The notes under the pieces: model-generated | The model's database searches: none | The model's input: the letters and a program-made list of their open reading frames with translations, nothing else | Told to the model about the DNA's origin: nothing | Translations under genes and position numbers: made by a program | In this document: positions 9,730-20,197 of the stretch, in pieces | How positions within the stretch are numbered: the stretch's first letter is position 1 | Layout: the number at the start of each line of letters is the position of its first letter | DNA from: a virus | Length of the DNA stretch: 64,000 nucleotides | Virus record (IMG/VR): IMGVR_UViG_3300000234_000002 | Location: 19,958-83,957 of that record | Strand: one strand, 5' to 3'

Positions 9730-11487
9730 TTACATAGTTTTCAGCCATCTGACTTTTTTAAGATTTTCTTCGACTCGAACTAAACCCGCGTCCTTATAAA
9801 AATCATTCTCTGACATGTGGGAATTTTTTGCCATATCCCAAACTGTTTTCTTATTTATTATTCTATTATTTTCAACATCTAAATAGTGATATGATGGCGG
9901 AGATTCACCAAGTTTAGTCCAATTCGAAGCTAAATATATGGTGCCGTTATCACCAACATTAGGATCCGAATAACTAACCACAGCTTTGATTTCTTTATTA
10001 TTTATTTTCAAAAGCTTCAAAAATTTTCTTAAGGAAAAGCTGCTCAAATTCTTCAGATGATAGCTTGGATGAACACAAAATCTTCTAAGTTCTCTTATAT
10101 CTTTCGGACCGAATTTGGACCCGGTTTTATCATTAATACTTTTTATTGTTTGATTTCTACCAACTCCGCTGAAAGCAGATAAAACAACAAGTTTCCCATC
10201 AAGATATCCACCATAACATGTAACAACTGAACCTAAATTCCCAAGATAATGGTATAAAGAAAGGAATTCGTGGGCTTCATGATTTGGGCATTTTTTGAAT
10301 TCAATATTTTTAAGCTCAAAATCAAAAGACTCGGACTCCTTATGATATAATTTATTATCAAGAATTTTGGAGAGCTTGCCTAAGTGGATTTCGTGTTCAT
10401 AAATCCAAAGAAGTTTGTGATTCGTATTATTCTCAACATAAGAAGACTTCGACCTATCACGAGGATTACCAAAGTATCCATACTCTTTAAAATTGTGAAA
10501 ATAATCACCCTGGCACTCTATGAGCAAATTATGATCTGGAAGGAAAAAGTCAAAAGAGTAAGGACCTATATTATAATTATGATGGTAATTTACTTTATAC
10601 CTGTTTTCAAGCAAACCCATAACAATTTTTTCAGTAGAAGGAATTTTATTACTTGATCCTGGAATCGATAAAGTGCATTTTACTCCATATTTTCTTTCTA
10701 AAGTTTTTACAGTTTTTGCTCTTTTACATTCTTTTTTATTGCAACACAAATCTTCATATTTTTCAGTATATTTAGAAAAAGATAAGTCAAACTGAGATTT
10801 ACAATAATCACATAAAGCGCAAACTTTCTTAGCTGTTTTGAAATTTAAAGATTCGACATCATACCCGAATTTTTCTAAAGTTTCCTTTGCAAGTAAATTC
10901 GGGTTTAACTTTGGTTTTGTTCTCTCAATAAAATCTTTGTGGAATTGACTTTTAGATACGGTTTGATCTTTATAAGATGAAGATAAAGCGTCACATTTTT
11001 TACAAGCACCATTAACAGAATTCGTTATATTACACATTTTTGTTTCAAAAGTAGAATCACAAAATTCACATTTAGCTATAACATTTTTCCTAGAAATTGG
11101 TTTTATATTTGGATAAGAATACCCATATTTCATGTATGTTAATTTATTATCCATATTGCGATATGGTACAGAGTTTAAAAATAAAAAATAGCTTCTCTTA
11201 GAATGAGTAATTTCTAAATTTTCATAATCTTCGGAAATATTTGAACAACTTTGACAATTTTCTTTTAAACAAAACAGGCATTTCTTTTTACTTTTGAAAT
11301 AAGGAATGTCTAAAAGGTTTGTGGAACCATATTTCTTTATAAGAGTTTCCTTGTTTCTATTTAGCTTAACAAGATCTTTATCTCTTGATTTCCAAACTTC
11401 ACAATTCTTAAAATGTCTTTTTAAAGTAGAAGACGAATTCGCCCCCCAACCACATAAACAATGGTGGGAGGCGAATTTTTCAGTCAC
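9730..11487 (-). CDS. Zn-finger + Vsr/DUF559-like endonuclease + Mom-like GNAT fusion (free-standing homing-endonuclease-like)
   Basis: Multiple CxxC; FDFFLPDHNLLIECQGDYFH nuclease motif; C-terminal FLSLYHY..ELRRFCVHP..SYSD..GTIYLASNW. Confidence 0.75.
   Translation of the reverse strand: MTEKFASHHCLCGWGANSSSTLKRHFKNCEVWKSRDKDLVKLNRNKETLIKKYGSTNLLDIPYFKSKKKCLFCLKENCQSCSNISEDYENLEITHSKRSYFLFLNSVPYRNMDNKLTYMKYGYSYPNIKPISRKNVIAKCEFCDSTFETKMCNITNSVNGACKKCDALSSSYKDQTVSKSQFHKDFIERTKPKLNPNLLAKETLEKFGYDVESLNFKTAKKVCALCDYCKSQFDLSFSKYTEKYEDLCCNKKECKRAKTVKTLERKYGVKCTLSIPGSSNKIPSTEKIVMGLLENRYKVNYHHNYNIGPYSFDFFLPDHNLLIECQGDYFHNFKEYGYFGNPRDRSKSSYVENNTNHKLLWIYEHEIHLGKLSKILDNKLYHKESESFDFELKNIEFKKCPNHEAHEFLSLYHYLGNLGSVVTCYGGYLDGKLVVLSAFSGVGRNQTIKSINDKTGSKFGPKDIRELRRFCVHPSYHLKNLSSFSLRKFLKLLKINNKEIKAVVSYSDPNVGDNGTIYLASNWTKLGESPPSYHYLDVENNRIINKKTVWDMAKNSHMSENDFYKDAGLVRVEENLKKVRWLKTM
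11436..11478 (-). terminator. Imperfect GC-rich hairpin just after the sheath gene, overlapping the 5' end of the next ORF
   Basis: AATTCGCC...GGCGAATT arms with further inner pairing; weak U-tract. Confidence 0.4.
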
Positions 11488-11500
11488 TTAAACTTTACAC

Positions 11501-14500
11501 TTAGGATCTAACGCGGACACTCAAAGTGGCCACGATGTATTCAAGCGGAAAGACCGGGACGTAGATAGCAGATACTCTGAGTATCGTTGGGTCGTTCTCG
11601 TCAGAAGCCACCTCAATACCAGCAACGGAAGTAACGATTTGCTGATCGATCAGAGTGGTGAAAGCGCCACTAATGGCGGTCTCAACGCTCTTGATGAGGT
11701 TACCGGTTAACTTCTGTCCGATGTAAGGGTCGAGAACCTGACGGAGAACCTTCTGTACGTATTGGATGGTAAGGACGACCGAAGGAGTTCTCGTGAGAAC
11801 CGAGTCAACGTTCGTGGTAAGAGCGTGTCGAACTCTGAGACCAGCCTGAACCTGCTCAATGATCGTTACGCCGTTAACCGCGATTTGGTTGGCTTCAGTC
11901 GGGTCAAGAACTCTTCCGATTCTTCGGAATCCCTGTATGGACCTTCTGGTAAGAGGGCTGGCGACATCAAAGGTCGGATTACAGGTCGAGGCGGCGTAAG
12001 CAGCGGCGGCGTAAGTTCCATCAACGAGTTGATCAACCAAATTACCAAGAGAATCCTGGACCGAGATTACGAAAGAGTCAGGGTAAACGACAGTTACGAG
12101 TTCCGAGTTCAAAGATCTTGCTATGGACTGAACTCCAAGAGGAGAAGTTCCGGTAGCAACACCAACAACGCCAGTACGCTCGCCCTCCTGACGAGGAGCG
12201 CTCATGAACACACAGTGCTGGTTGAGGTAACCAAACACCTGAGTATTCGAAGTCAGAGGAATAACGACGTCAGCAGGGGTAGAACCACCAATCTTCTTTT
12301 TCTGCTCATCAATTGCAGAGATGTAAGCAGAAACCGGAGCTTGGCTGCTATTGGCGGATCTAAAGACTTGCTTGAGACCAACAACAACGGCACCGTTCAA
12401 CTGAGCTATGCGAGCCGCGAGAGAAAGAGGACTATCAGGGGTCGGGGATCCGAAAGCCTGAATTATCTTCTTCGAGTCTCTGTAGAGCTGAGTCGAGATA
12501 TCGCTCTTGGCGTAGTCGTAGGAAATGTAGTAAACATCTCCTACCTGGGGCTCAATACCAGATCTATCGTAGGTTCTCACCAAGGAAGTCGTTCCAGGAT
12601 TCATATTGAATGTGTTGTAGACTGTGAGTTCTACACCATTCACTGCACGAATCGGAAGCGAAGCATCGGTTACGAAAGTCTGGTTAACTACGAGAGTGAA
12701 GCTTCCTCCGCTCGTATAATCACCAGAAGACGCCGGGAGAACCGTAAATCTCAGGCCCGTGGTCGAATCCGTGTAGGTCTGACCAGGGAATCCAGTTCCG
12801 TGAGAACCTAAGAGACCCTGAGAAGAAGCCACAGTGAATCCGGACTGAGCATTCTCACCAATATCGCCCGAAGATCCAACAACAATCCCCAAACCAGTGT
12901 CTTCAATCAGAGCCGAGTTGGCAACCGAACTGAATGCAACGGTGGAGCTGTTTCCAGTAGATCTGGAATTGACGGTCAGGTAATTTCCGAGACCCTGGAC
13001 CGGAACTTGGTAAGCAAAAGCCAAGCTGGAGAAAGAAGAATTTGCGTTTAACGCGTTAGCGATTTTCTTGGCAGTCGGCTGACTTCTCTGAACCGTGAGA
13101 CCGGGCTCAAGACCGAGAACCAAATTCGCGTTACCGGAGGTCTTGATGGTTATCAACGAGTTTACGGTGTTGATTCTGGAGGTAAGAACCAATTTACCGC
13201 TATTGATTCCCTGGCCGGTTCTCGCAACGAGTTCGTTGAGGAAGAAAGCGGAAGGGTTGGTCGTGTCGTTGGTGCCGTGGACGTGGTAGATTCCCTGAAT
13301 TTCAGCCAAGTGGAGAGGATACTTGGTCTGGAGTTCAGTAGTAAGAGTTATGAGAGTACCAGAGTTGGTCGCGTTCGCCGAAGTGATGTTGTTGGTTACA
13401 TCATCAACAACGTGAACACCGGACTGCAGTAAGTGAAGATTGAAGTCGGCCTTAAGCTCATTCGCGAGAGCAAGGGCGGTAGGACTGTCAACAGCATTGG
13501 TGGCTGTGATTATGTTGACAGTATCACTCGTCAAGTGAGCAGAAGCCAAAACGCGGTGAGCGTTATATTTGGCCTTCAAGTCATTGAGGATTGGGTAGCA
13601 GTCAGATTCAATAACCGGCGCCGACGCGGGGGTCAGAGTATTGGTTGCGTCGTCCTTACCATGAACGCCACGCTGCGTTAAGTGGAGATTGAACGCATCT
13701 TTGAGATCATTGGCGAGTCTAACAGCAGTAACCAAATTCGAAGCGTTAGCAGTTGTTACGACATTCAGAGTGTCGTCGAGCTGATGGATACCAGCTTGAC
13801 TCAAGTGAAGATTGAACTTGGTCTTTATATCATTTAAGAGCGTTAGAGAGTCACCAAGCGTAACGGCAACAGGCGCCGATATGGTGTTAACGGCATCTGC
13901 TATGACATGGAACACAGTAGAAACTCTGTGAGCTTCATACTTCGTTCTAAGGTTGTTGGCAAGAGCGATGACATCAGCCGTGTAAGTCGCAACATCGGCA
14001 GCCGAAGCATATTCGATGTAGACGTCGTTGATGGAAGTTACGACGTCATTAAGCGTTACAGCACTTCCAGACGGAATGGTGGCAGTTACGTCAACACCGT
14101 CAACGTTGATTTGGACGGAATCATTGACTCCGGCAGTCACATTGTACGGCGCCGTCTTGGTCGCGACGTAAGAAGCAACCTGATTTATGGAGTTATAAGA
14201 ACCCTGAGCGCTTGCGTTCGGAGAAAGACCAATCTTGGTCGATCCATCAGTCTGTCCAGATCCAGTCGGAGGAAGAACGAGAACAGAAGAAACGAGACCA
14301 TTGGTGAACGAAGGAACGCTTCGTCCACGAATCACGATGGCGTTTTCTGAACCGTAAGAAAGGACCGAGGCCAGAGCGTTGGGAGCGGAAGAAAGGAACG
14401 TTCCGGAACCGTCCGCGTGAACCTGAGTGTCGGCATCGACCGCAGCGTTTATAGCTGTAGCAACGTCCGAAAGAGTCGTAGCAGCCGAAATGTCGATGGG

Positions 14501-16552
14501 AGCAAGGGTAATCCCGTCGATCACAAGAAGCAATCTGTCAGTCGACAATGGAGTAACCGAAGCTACCGGATTACCCAAAAGAAGGGCTCGGAATGCGGTA
14601 GAAAGGTTAACAGTTACCGGTGCATTTCCGTCGATTACTACGCCACCAAAGTTCTGGCTGTAAGCGTAGATGTCGTACGGCTCCTGCTTCCCATTAGAGA
14701 AAGAAGCGTGGGTCGCGGGATTCAACGCGTTAGAGAACGTGACCGTGACGGTCTCCGAAGTCGGATTTCCGGCTCCAGTGTGGATGACGTCAGGAGCCTG
14801 TTCAGAGCCGGAAGGCCACTGAATGGTTTCAGGAAGGCCGGATTTGGTTCCGAACTTGGTTCCGTAAAGGTTTACGCCAGTGAGAGCGGAAGCTATCGTG
14901 TAAGTTCCGATAGAAGAAGGTCCAGGAGTCACAACGCTGAAAGTATAGGTATCATCTACTATTCTGTTATACCAGAAAGTAGCGAAAGCCTTATAATCAG
15001 CAGGAACCGGGCTCTTCAACGTGACTGTGTTGTTAGTTCCGTCAACTTCAGTCACAGCTACAGGAGGTCTGGAACTGGCATCTCTCCAGTTCTTACCAAC
15101 ATGAACTATGACAAGATCGGGTCTGTTGGTCGGAAGGTCAATTCTTCCGTTCGTAACAGTCTGATAAAGGGAGACACCAAGGGGCGTATCTCTACCATTT
15201 CCAGTGGTGGGGGTCAGGGGAAGAACGAACTTGCTCGTAGAAACCGAGTTCAAAACCGGATCTACGAATCTGGAGCACTCAGAACCATAAACACGATTAT
15301 CAACAAGCAAACCAACTATTTGGGTGCTGTTGAAAGCGGTATTTCCAGTCTGAACGCCGGAGGAAACGTTGAAAGTCGCCCCCCACTGAATTCTTGACTG
15401 ATCACCATCATTGGTAACAACGAAATCTTGACCATTGATATAATCACGACGACCCGGACCAATTCCGACGTTCCCAACATTCACAATGTTGGTATTCGGA
15501 AGGTAGTCAAAAGTGTCTTGGAAAGTATTGAAATAATAGGTGATGTTGACAGTCGAACCGTCAGTCGGAGCGAACGGGAGAGTCACCAAGCTATTAAGAC
15601 CGTCAACCGACGATGCAATAACAACCTGTCCGTTCACCAAAACGCTAACCTTCGTAATGTCAGTCGTTATGATTCCGCCATCGGAACCATCAACAATAGG
15701 ACCTTGGAAGGTTCTGAAAGACTTGTTGCGGGAAGTGGAAACTCCGGGATTAAACCCGAAAACGCCGTTGGCATTTCCACTACTTATCGTTATATTCCCG
15801 GCAGCGGTCAATCTGACGTGATTCAAGCCGTCAGCATCAACGTGGATCGAAGCAGTCAAACCGGTGATGTTAGCAGCGTTGACGTCATTAGCAACATCCG
15901 CAGCAGGACGGCTCGTACCGGCGGTTAAATTGACAGAGTAGGTGGTGAGATCGTTCACCACTAAAGTGAGAGTGTCGTTGGTTCCCGATACAACAGAGTA
16001 AGGCTCAGCTTTGGGAGCGGTAAGAATAGCAAGGCCAGCGCTTATTTGCTGGGAAAGATTGTCAGTTATTCTTACGTCTTTTCGGTGGAAGAAATAATTA
16101 ACAAGAACAACATCATCTTCATTCGGTGGAACCAAGATGGTCACCAAGCCGTTTACGCCGTCGACGGACGAAACTATAACAGACTCGTTATTGACAGTAA
16201 CAGAAACCTTGGTAACATCGAACGTGGTGAGACCACGACCCGAACCGTCCACTATAGGAACGTTTCTTACCTTAAACTGAGTTTTGGAACCATCCTGGTT
16301 ACCTAAAACAGGGTTTGAAAGAGTTCCACCAGAAACCCATCTACCAGTAACGTCCTCACCAAAAATGGGAGTATCAGCTACACTGCTGGAACCTCTCACC
16401 ATTTCATAGTTGGATTGCGATAAGGTCTCCTTACCGACACCGATAAGAACGGGAACTCGAATTCCACCAAGGTTCTGAGCCGCAGAGGGATCAGCAGAAG
16501 TAGAAACAGTCACACCAGGAGGAGTGTAGGTGGGGAAGGGACCAATCGCCAT
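11501..16552 (-). CDS. Contractile tail sheath protein, very large with inserted domains
   Basis: N-terminal YTPPGV, C-terminal DENDPTILRVSAIYVPVFPLEYIVATLSV typical of sheath; 1683 aa; AAAGGA SD. Confidence 0.88.
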   Translation of the reverse strand: MAIGPFPTYTPPGVTVSTSADPSAAQNLGGIRVPVLIGVGKETLSQSNYEMVRGSSSVADTPIFGEDVTGRWVSGGTLSNPVLGNQDGSKTQFKVRNVPIVDGSGRGLTTFDVTKVSVTVNNESVIVSSVDGVNGLVTILVPPNEDDVVLVNYFFHRKDVRITDNLSQQISAGLAILTAPKAEPYSVVSGTNDTLTLVVNDLTTYSVNLTAGTSRPAADVANDVNAANITGLTASIHVDADGLNHVRLTAAGNITISSGNANGVFGFNPGVSTSRNKSFRTFQGPIVDGSDGGIITTDITKVSVLVNGQVVIASSVDGLNSLVTLPFAPTDGSTVNITYYFNTFQDTFDYLPNTNIVNVGNVGIGPGRRDYINGQDFVVTNDGDQSRIQWGATFNVSSGVQTGNTAFNSTQIVGLLVDNRVYGSECSRFVDPVLNSVSTSKFVLPLTPTTGNGRDTPLGVSLYQTVTNGRIDLPTNRPDLVIVHVGKNWRDASSRPPVAVTEVDGTNNTVTLKSPVPADYKAFATFWYNRIVDDTYTFSVVTPGPSSIGTYTIASALTGVNLYGTKFGTKSGLPETIQWPSGSEQAPDVIHTGAGNPTSETVTVTFSNALNPATHASFSNGKQEPYDIYAYSQNFGGVVIDGNAPVTVNLSTAFRALLLGNPVASVTPLSTDRLLLVIDGITLAPIDISAATTLSDVATAINAAVDADTQVHADGSGTFLSSAPNALASVLSYGSENAIVIRGRSVPSFTNGLVSSVLVLPPTGSGQTDGSTKIGLSPNASAQGSYNSINQVASYVATKTAPYNVTAGVNDSVQINVDGVDVTATIPSGSAVTLNDVVTSINDVYIEYASAADVATYTADVIALANNLRTKYEAHRVSTVFHVIADAVNTISAPVAVTLGDSLTLLNDIKTKFNLHLSQAGIHQLDDTLNVVTTANASNLVTAVRLANDLKDAFNLHLTQRGVHGKDDATNTLTPASAPVIESDCYPILNDLKAKYNAHRVLASAHLTSDTVNIITATNAVDSPTALALANELKADFNLHLLQSGVHVVDDVTNNITSANATNSGTLITLTTELQTKYPLHLAEIQGIYHVHGTNDTTNPSAFFLNELVARTGQGINSGKLVLTSRINTVNSLITIKTSGNANLVLGLEPGLTVQRSQPTAKKIANALNANSSFSSLAFAYQVPVQGLGNYLTVNSRSTGNSSTVAFSSVANSALIEDTGLGIVVGSSGDIGENAQSGFTVASSQGLLGSHGTGFPGQTYTDSTTGLRFTVLPASSGDYTSGGSFTLVVNQTFVTDASLPIRAVNGVELTVYNTFNMNPGTTSLVRTYDRSGIEPQVGDVYYISYDYAKSDISTQLYRDSKKIIQAFGSPTPDSPLSLAARIAQLNGAVVVGLKQVFRSANSSQAPVSAYISAIDEQKKKIGGSTPADVVIPLTSNTQVFGYLNQHCVFMSAPRQEGERTGVVGVATGTSPLGVQSIARSLNSELVTVVYPDSFVISVQDSLGNLVDQLVDGTYAAAAYAASTCNPTFDVASPLTRRSIQGFRRIGRVLDPTEANQIAVNGVTIIEQVQAGLRVRHALTTNVDSVLTRTPSVVLTIQYVQKVLRQVLDPYIGQKLTGNLIKSVETAISGAFTTLIDQQIVTSVAGIEVASDENDPTILRVSAIYVPVFPLEYIVATLSVRVRS

Positions 16553-16606
16553 TTGAAATTCTTCCTTTAAAAAGATTTTATGTATTTAGTAAGTATAAAG
16601 TATCGG

Positions 16607-16638
16607 TTTTTGGTTTCAGTATTACCTGAAACCAAAAA
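16607..16638. terminator. Inverted repeat, probable intrinsic terminator
   Basis: TTTTTGGTTTCAG-6 nt-CTGAAACCAAAAA perfect 13-bp arms, intergenic. Confidence 0.65.
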
Positions 16639-16669
16639 TTCATAAGGAGACTAAAATAAAAAAGAATAG

Positions 16670-17080
16670 CTACTGCTTAGCTTTATTGTATAAATTTATT
16701 GCTTTATTCCTAATTTCTAATGTGCTGCTATCGGCCTTCATAAGTTTGCCGTCAGGTGTCTGACTAAGAGAATTTGTTCCCAAACTCTGTCTTATTTTCG
16801 ACCTCTCAGCTTTTTGCTGTTGTATCTTCTCCCACTTAGACTTTGAAGATCTACCAACAGCTTTATCTAAAGAAGGATAGTCAACATCATGGACTCCGCT
16901 ATTTCCGACGGTCCCACCTTTAAAATTAAAAGAAACCAAACTCACCATTTTTCTGGGAGATGAAGACGTGCAAATCGGACAAGGGTGTTCGGTTTTATAC
17001 TTTTGAACATTTTCAGAACCCATTATTAGTTCTTCAAATAAATTTCCACATTCGTGACATTCATACTCATAAACAGGCAT
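16670..17080 (-). CDS. FmdB-family zinc-ribbon protein
   Basis: MPVYEYECHECG...FE...CPIC signature. Confidence 0.8.
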   Translation of the reverse strand: MPVYEYECHECGNLFEELIMGSENVQKYKTEHPCPICTSSSPRKMVSLVSFNFKGGTVGNSGVHDVDYPSLDKAVGRSSKSKWEKIQQQKAERSKIRQSLGTNSLSQTPDGKLMKADSSTLEIRNKAINLYNKAKQ

Positions 17081-17091
17081 GTAAAACTATA

Positions 17092-18300
17092 CTAAATAAT
17101 TCTCTCAAAAGAAAGGTGTTTACCTATTAAAACTGGCAGAGACTGTGAATTGAGTAAATTTGAAGTCTTCACAAGATCCAAATCCAAAGTTCCATCAAGC
17201 CATCCTTTTTCATCTTCAGCAGATTTGGATACAAGTTCAGTGCGACTGACAACAGCCGGGAGGGGAATCCAGGTCTCCCAATCTACGCGAAGAGAAAGTG
17301 AAATTGAACTTTCATAAAAATAGCTATCATCAGTTTCATTATATACTTCTTCGTTTTCTCCACCAGGAGAAAGGTCTATAAGTTCAATTCCTTCATAACC
17401 GAGTGAACTTTGTCTATCCCAAAGTTGATGAATTATGAAGTCGGAAAACTTCTCTCTATCCTCGGAGTCTCTGGAAAAAGCTATAAGTTCAAGAGAAACT
17501 TCAAATTTTCCACCGTATATTCTTGCAACGTCTGTTCTCTCATCAGTTATTACTATAATGTGTTTGTCACATATTTCAATTCTATCGCCGAAACATATTA
17601 CGCATCCGGGAATTGCTGAAATATTGGTGCCTTCATAATCAAAATAGTGAGACTTTGTAGTAAAACCTTCGTAGCGATAATCTGCATGGACGCTATATCC
17701 AATAGGAACATCTTTGAGGAATAAAATTTCTCCAGTATCATAATTTATTGTGTAGTCAGTATTGACTATCAACTGTTTTCTATTATCAAGCCATAATCTA
17801 AGAGAACCAGGGTATATCTTATCTCTTGATATTTGACCTTCAGTGCTAGATGTACTGGTGAAAAATATGACAGGTTCACCATGAACAGTGTAATGGGGAG
17901 TTACTGAAAATTCCCCTGGAACTTGTCTAGCTTTGTCCGGTAATTTGTCGACGGTTATTATATAACTCCCCGGCTGAGAAGGAAATTTTGTTCTTCTCGG
18001 GTCCAATCTCTCAAGCTCATTATTATTTTCTTTAACCCATTCTATAGAATAGCTTGGCTTTTGGTCAAAATAAGTTAACATGCAAAATGATGACAGAGTT
18101 CCCATATAATTATCGGCTGAAAGACGAACTCTTTCAGCCGAAGTACCATTTATTATAACACCTCTTTGAGGTCTTTCATCAAAGGAAAATTTATTTTGGA
18201 CGTTATTTACATCGTTTCTATACTTTGGGTGAGTATAAAGTACGCCTTTGATTTCGTTTATTATTTTCTTTTTAGTGGCGTTTGTTAGCCAATTCTTCAC
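17092..18300 (-). CDS. Putative tail completion/structural protein
   Basis: 402 aa upstream of sheath; DYTINYDTGEI.F beta-rich virion-like motif; call rests mainly on position. Confidence 0.5.
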   Translation of the reverse strand: MKNWLTNATKKKIINEIKGVLYTHPKYRNDVNNVQNKFSFDERPQRGVIINGTSAERVRLSADNYMGTLSSFCMLTYFDQKPSYSIEWVKENNNELERLDPRRTKFPSQPGSYIITVDKLPDKARQVPGEFSVTPHYTVHGEPVIFFTSTSSTEGQISRDKIYPGSLRLWLDNRKQLIVNTDYTINYDTGEILFLKDVPIGYSVHADYRYEGFTTKSHYFDYEGTNISAIPGCVICFGDRIEICDKHIIVITDERTDVARIYGGKFEVSLELIAFSRDSEDREKFSDFIIHQLWDRQSSLGYEGIELIDLSPGGENEEVYNETDDSYFYESSISLSLRVDWETWIPLPAVVSRTELVSKSAEDEKGWLDGTLDLDLVKTSNLLNSQSLPVLIGKHLSFERII

Positions 18301-18578
18301 GAATTTACGTTACTATAAAAACCTCGACGGATTCTTCCTATTTTCAAAGCTCCGTTAAGCCAGATTTTATGGTCGGAAATCTTTCTTTTAGTTCTCCTAA
18401 AACGAAGGATTTCCTTTATTATCTCTTTTTCTACTTGAATAAGTTGAGACTTACTAAGAGCTTTCGAATATTTGAAAAGAAGATCTAAAGAATAACTTGT
18501 CATATAGGTACTTCTACCAAGAGAGTATCGAATGGTGCTGAGTATAAGTACCCAAAGATCTTCATCAAAAACTTCCAT
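18297..18578 (-). CDS. Hypothetical protein
   Basis: 93 aa, STIRYSLGRSTYM; TGTAATAT-N5-ATG upstream. Confidence 0.65.
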   Translation of the reverse strand: MEVFDEDLWVLILSTIRYSLGRSTYMTSYSLDLLFKYSKALSKSQLIQVEKEIIKEILRFRRTKRKISDHKIWLNGALKIGRIRRGFYSNVNS

Positions 18579-18727
18579 TCAAGATATTACATTCGTAAAT
18601 TCAAAACTATTGAAGCGATATATCAAGAAAATGGTGAAAAAGTAAAGCCAAACCAAAACTCGGCTTCACACTTCATGTTGATAAATGGGTGTAGTATATA
18701 AATTTGGGTATAACTTCGGACACTGAA

Positions 18728-18776
18728 ATTTTGCGTGCAACTCGCCCTGTGGAAAACAGCGAGTTGCACGCAAAAT
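18728..18776. terminator. Perfect 18-bp inverted repeat immediately downstream of cassette 3
   Basis: ATTTTGCGTGCAACTCGC (18728-18745) / GCGAGTTGCACGCAAAAT (18759-18776). Confidence 0.7.
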
Positions 18777-18784
18777 GGAGTTAA

Positions 18785-19141
18785 TCACTCACGGGTACTG
18801 GGATGACCTAACTCTTCTATCATAGACATAATAATTTCCGTCTCTTCTTCCTGGTCTATATCCCCATCACTTTCACGAACCCAATCCGCATCTCTACCAT
18901 CTTTTTCAAGGCTTATTTTATAAGTGTGCTCTTGCCCATCAGGAGTTTGGCTTGTGACTCTCCACTCTTCCCATCTGGGGTCTTCCTCAGGAAGAACTTC
19001 TTTTTTCAATATGGGGGAGTTAGCGATCTTTTTTACAAGACCCTTTATGGCTGACGCGACCTTCGTCTTATCAGGCGTCTTCGACGCCTCGATAGCGGCA
19101 GCAATTTTTCTTAGCTCAGTGGCAACTTGCGAGGGCCTCAT
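18785..19141 (-). CDS. Leader-cassette protein 3: 40-aa leader + highly acidic 78-aa domain
   Basis: ATG at 19141 with GGAG upstream; payload has about 23 D/E versus 9 K/R. Confidence 0.8.
   Translation of the reverse strand: MRPSQVATELRKIAAAIEASKTPDKTKVASAIKGLVKKIANSPILKKEVLPEEDPRWEEWRVTSQTPDGQEHTYKISLEKDGRDADWVRESDGDIDQEEETEIIMSMIEELGHPSTRE
19022..19141 (-). repeat. 120-bp dispersed leader module, copy 3
   Basis: Direct sequence comparison. Confidence 0.95.
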
Positions 19142-19164
19142 GAAAACTCCGTGATATAAAAAAC

Positions 19165-20175
19165 TCAATCGCTCATTTGAGCGGCAGTGTGGAGACCGAG
19201 AGCAACAGCGTGCATAGGGTCAGATGCCTGTCTGATTTCCGATATTTCAATCGGAAATTTTGACTTCTTGGATTCAAAGATTTCAGTAAATTTATCCATG
19301 AAGCCCGAAGCCATGGAAGTTCCGCCAGAAACAATAATGGGAATGGGAGTGGAAAGAAGAAATTCAGACTTTGCTCTATGAAATTGAGAAATAATCTTAT
19401 CTATTGTATATTCGATAAGATTAGAAATGTAGAAAGAAATCGCTTCAGCTTCTCTTCCCCTTGGGTTCAAGATGTTAACCCCCGACTCTTTAATATGACA
19501 AGCCTTCGAAGCTGTGATCCCTAAAGCACTTGAAGCTCCAGCATCAATCCAATCACCACCTCTCCCGAGCGAGAATTCCAAAGCGCTCATCGCGTTGTAT
19601 GACAAACAAACATTTGTCATACCAGATCCATATGATATCCCAAGACCGGAGAATTTTGTGGATGAACCTTCGGAATAAACTATAGCGAGCGCTTCATTAA
19701 CTGGCTCCGGGTCGTAACCAGTTTCTTGGATTATCTTTTTGAGAATGCTGGTGTGATAAATGGTATTGGAACCGGCAATATCAATTGCCGGGGCCGGAAC
19801 AGAGAAACAGCATTTTTCGTTCGGGGACTTCGGCTTCCCGATGAGATTGTTAATTATAATGGCGATGACTTTCTGAGCCTCAACTTCACCGGACGAAACA
19901 ACACCGCCTGCGAGGGGTCTGCGGATTTCTTTGTTGAAAAGATTCGCAGAAGCTAATGCGTCATCACCAATAACATAAAGAGAACCATCAATTTCTACGA
20001 AAGCAGTGTTGCTGAGCTTGAGCATCCTCTTGTGCTCAATAGGCAAATCAAGGAAAGCATCCCTAACTCTTTTAATGGAAACTTTCTTTTCTGAACTTCG
20101 TGCAGCCACGAAGTTCATAGTTCCACAGTCTAGACCAACACCAAAGATTTCGTTTTTAGACATTTCGATAATCAA
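19165..20175 (-). CDS. Actin-fold ATPase (MreB/MamK/ParM-like)
   Basis: Phosphate-1 GLDCGT, connect-1 VNEALA, phosphate-2 SYGSGMT, adenosine IIVSGGTS, DPMHAVALG. Confidence 0.85.
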   Translation of the reverse strand: MIIEMSKNEIFGVGLDCGTMNFVAARSSEKKVSIKRVRDAFLDLPIEHKRMLKLSNTAFVEIDGSLYVIGDDALASANLFNKEIRRPLAGGVVSSGEVEAQKVIAIIINNLIGKPKSPNEKCCFSVPAPAIDIAGSNTIYHTSILKKIIQETGYDPEPVNEALAIVYSEGSSTKFSGLGISYGSGMTNVCLSYNAMSALEFSLGRGGDWIDAGASSALGITASKACHIKESGVNILNPRGREAEAISFYISNLIEYTIDKIISQFHRAKSEFLLSTPIPIIVSGGTSMASGFMDKFTEIFESKKSKFPIEISEIRQASDPMHAVALGLHTAAQMSD

Positions 20176-20197
20176 GTTACATCAAAGTTTTTATTTT

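Noticed and set aside
11762-16306. Long plus-strand ORFs (349, 326, 166 aa and others) opposite the sheath gene
   Set aside because: Antisense shadows produced by the sheath codon bias; Ser/Arg-rich with no motifs
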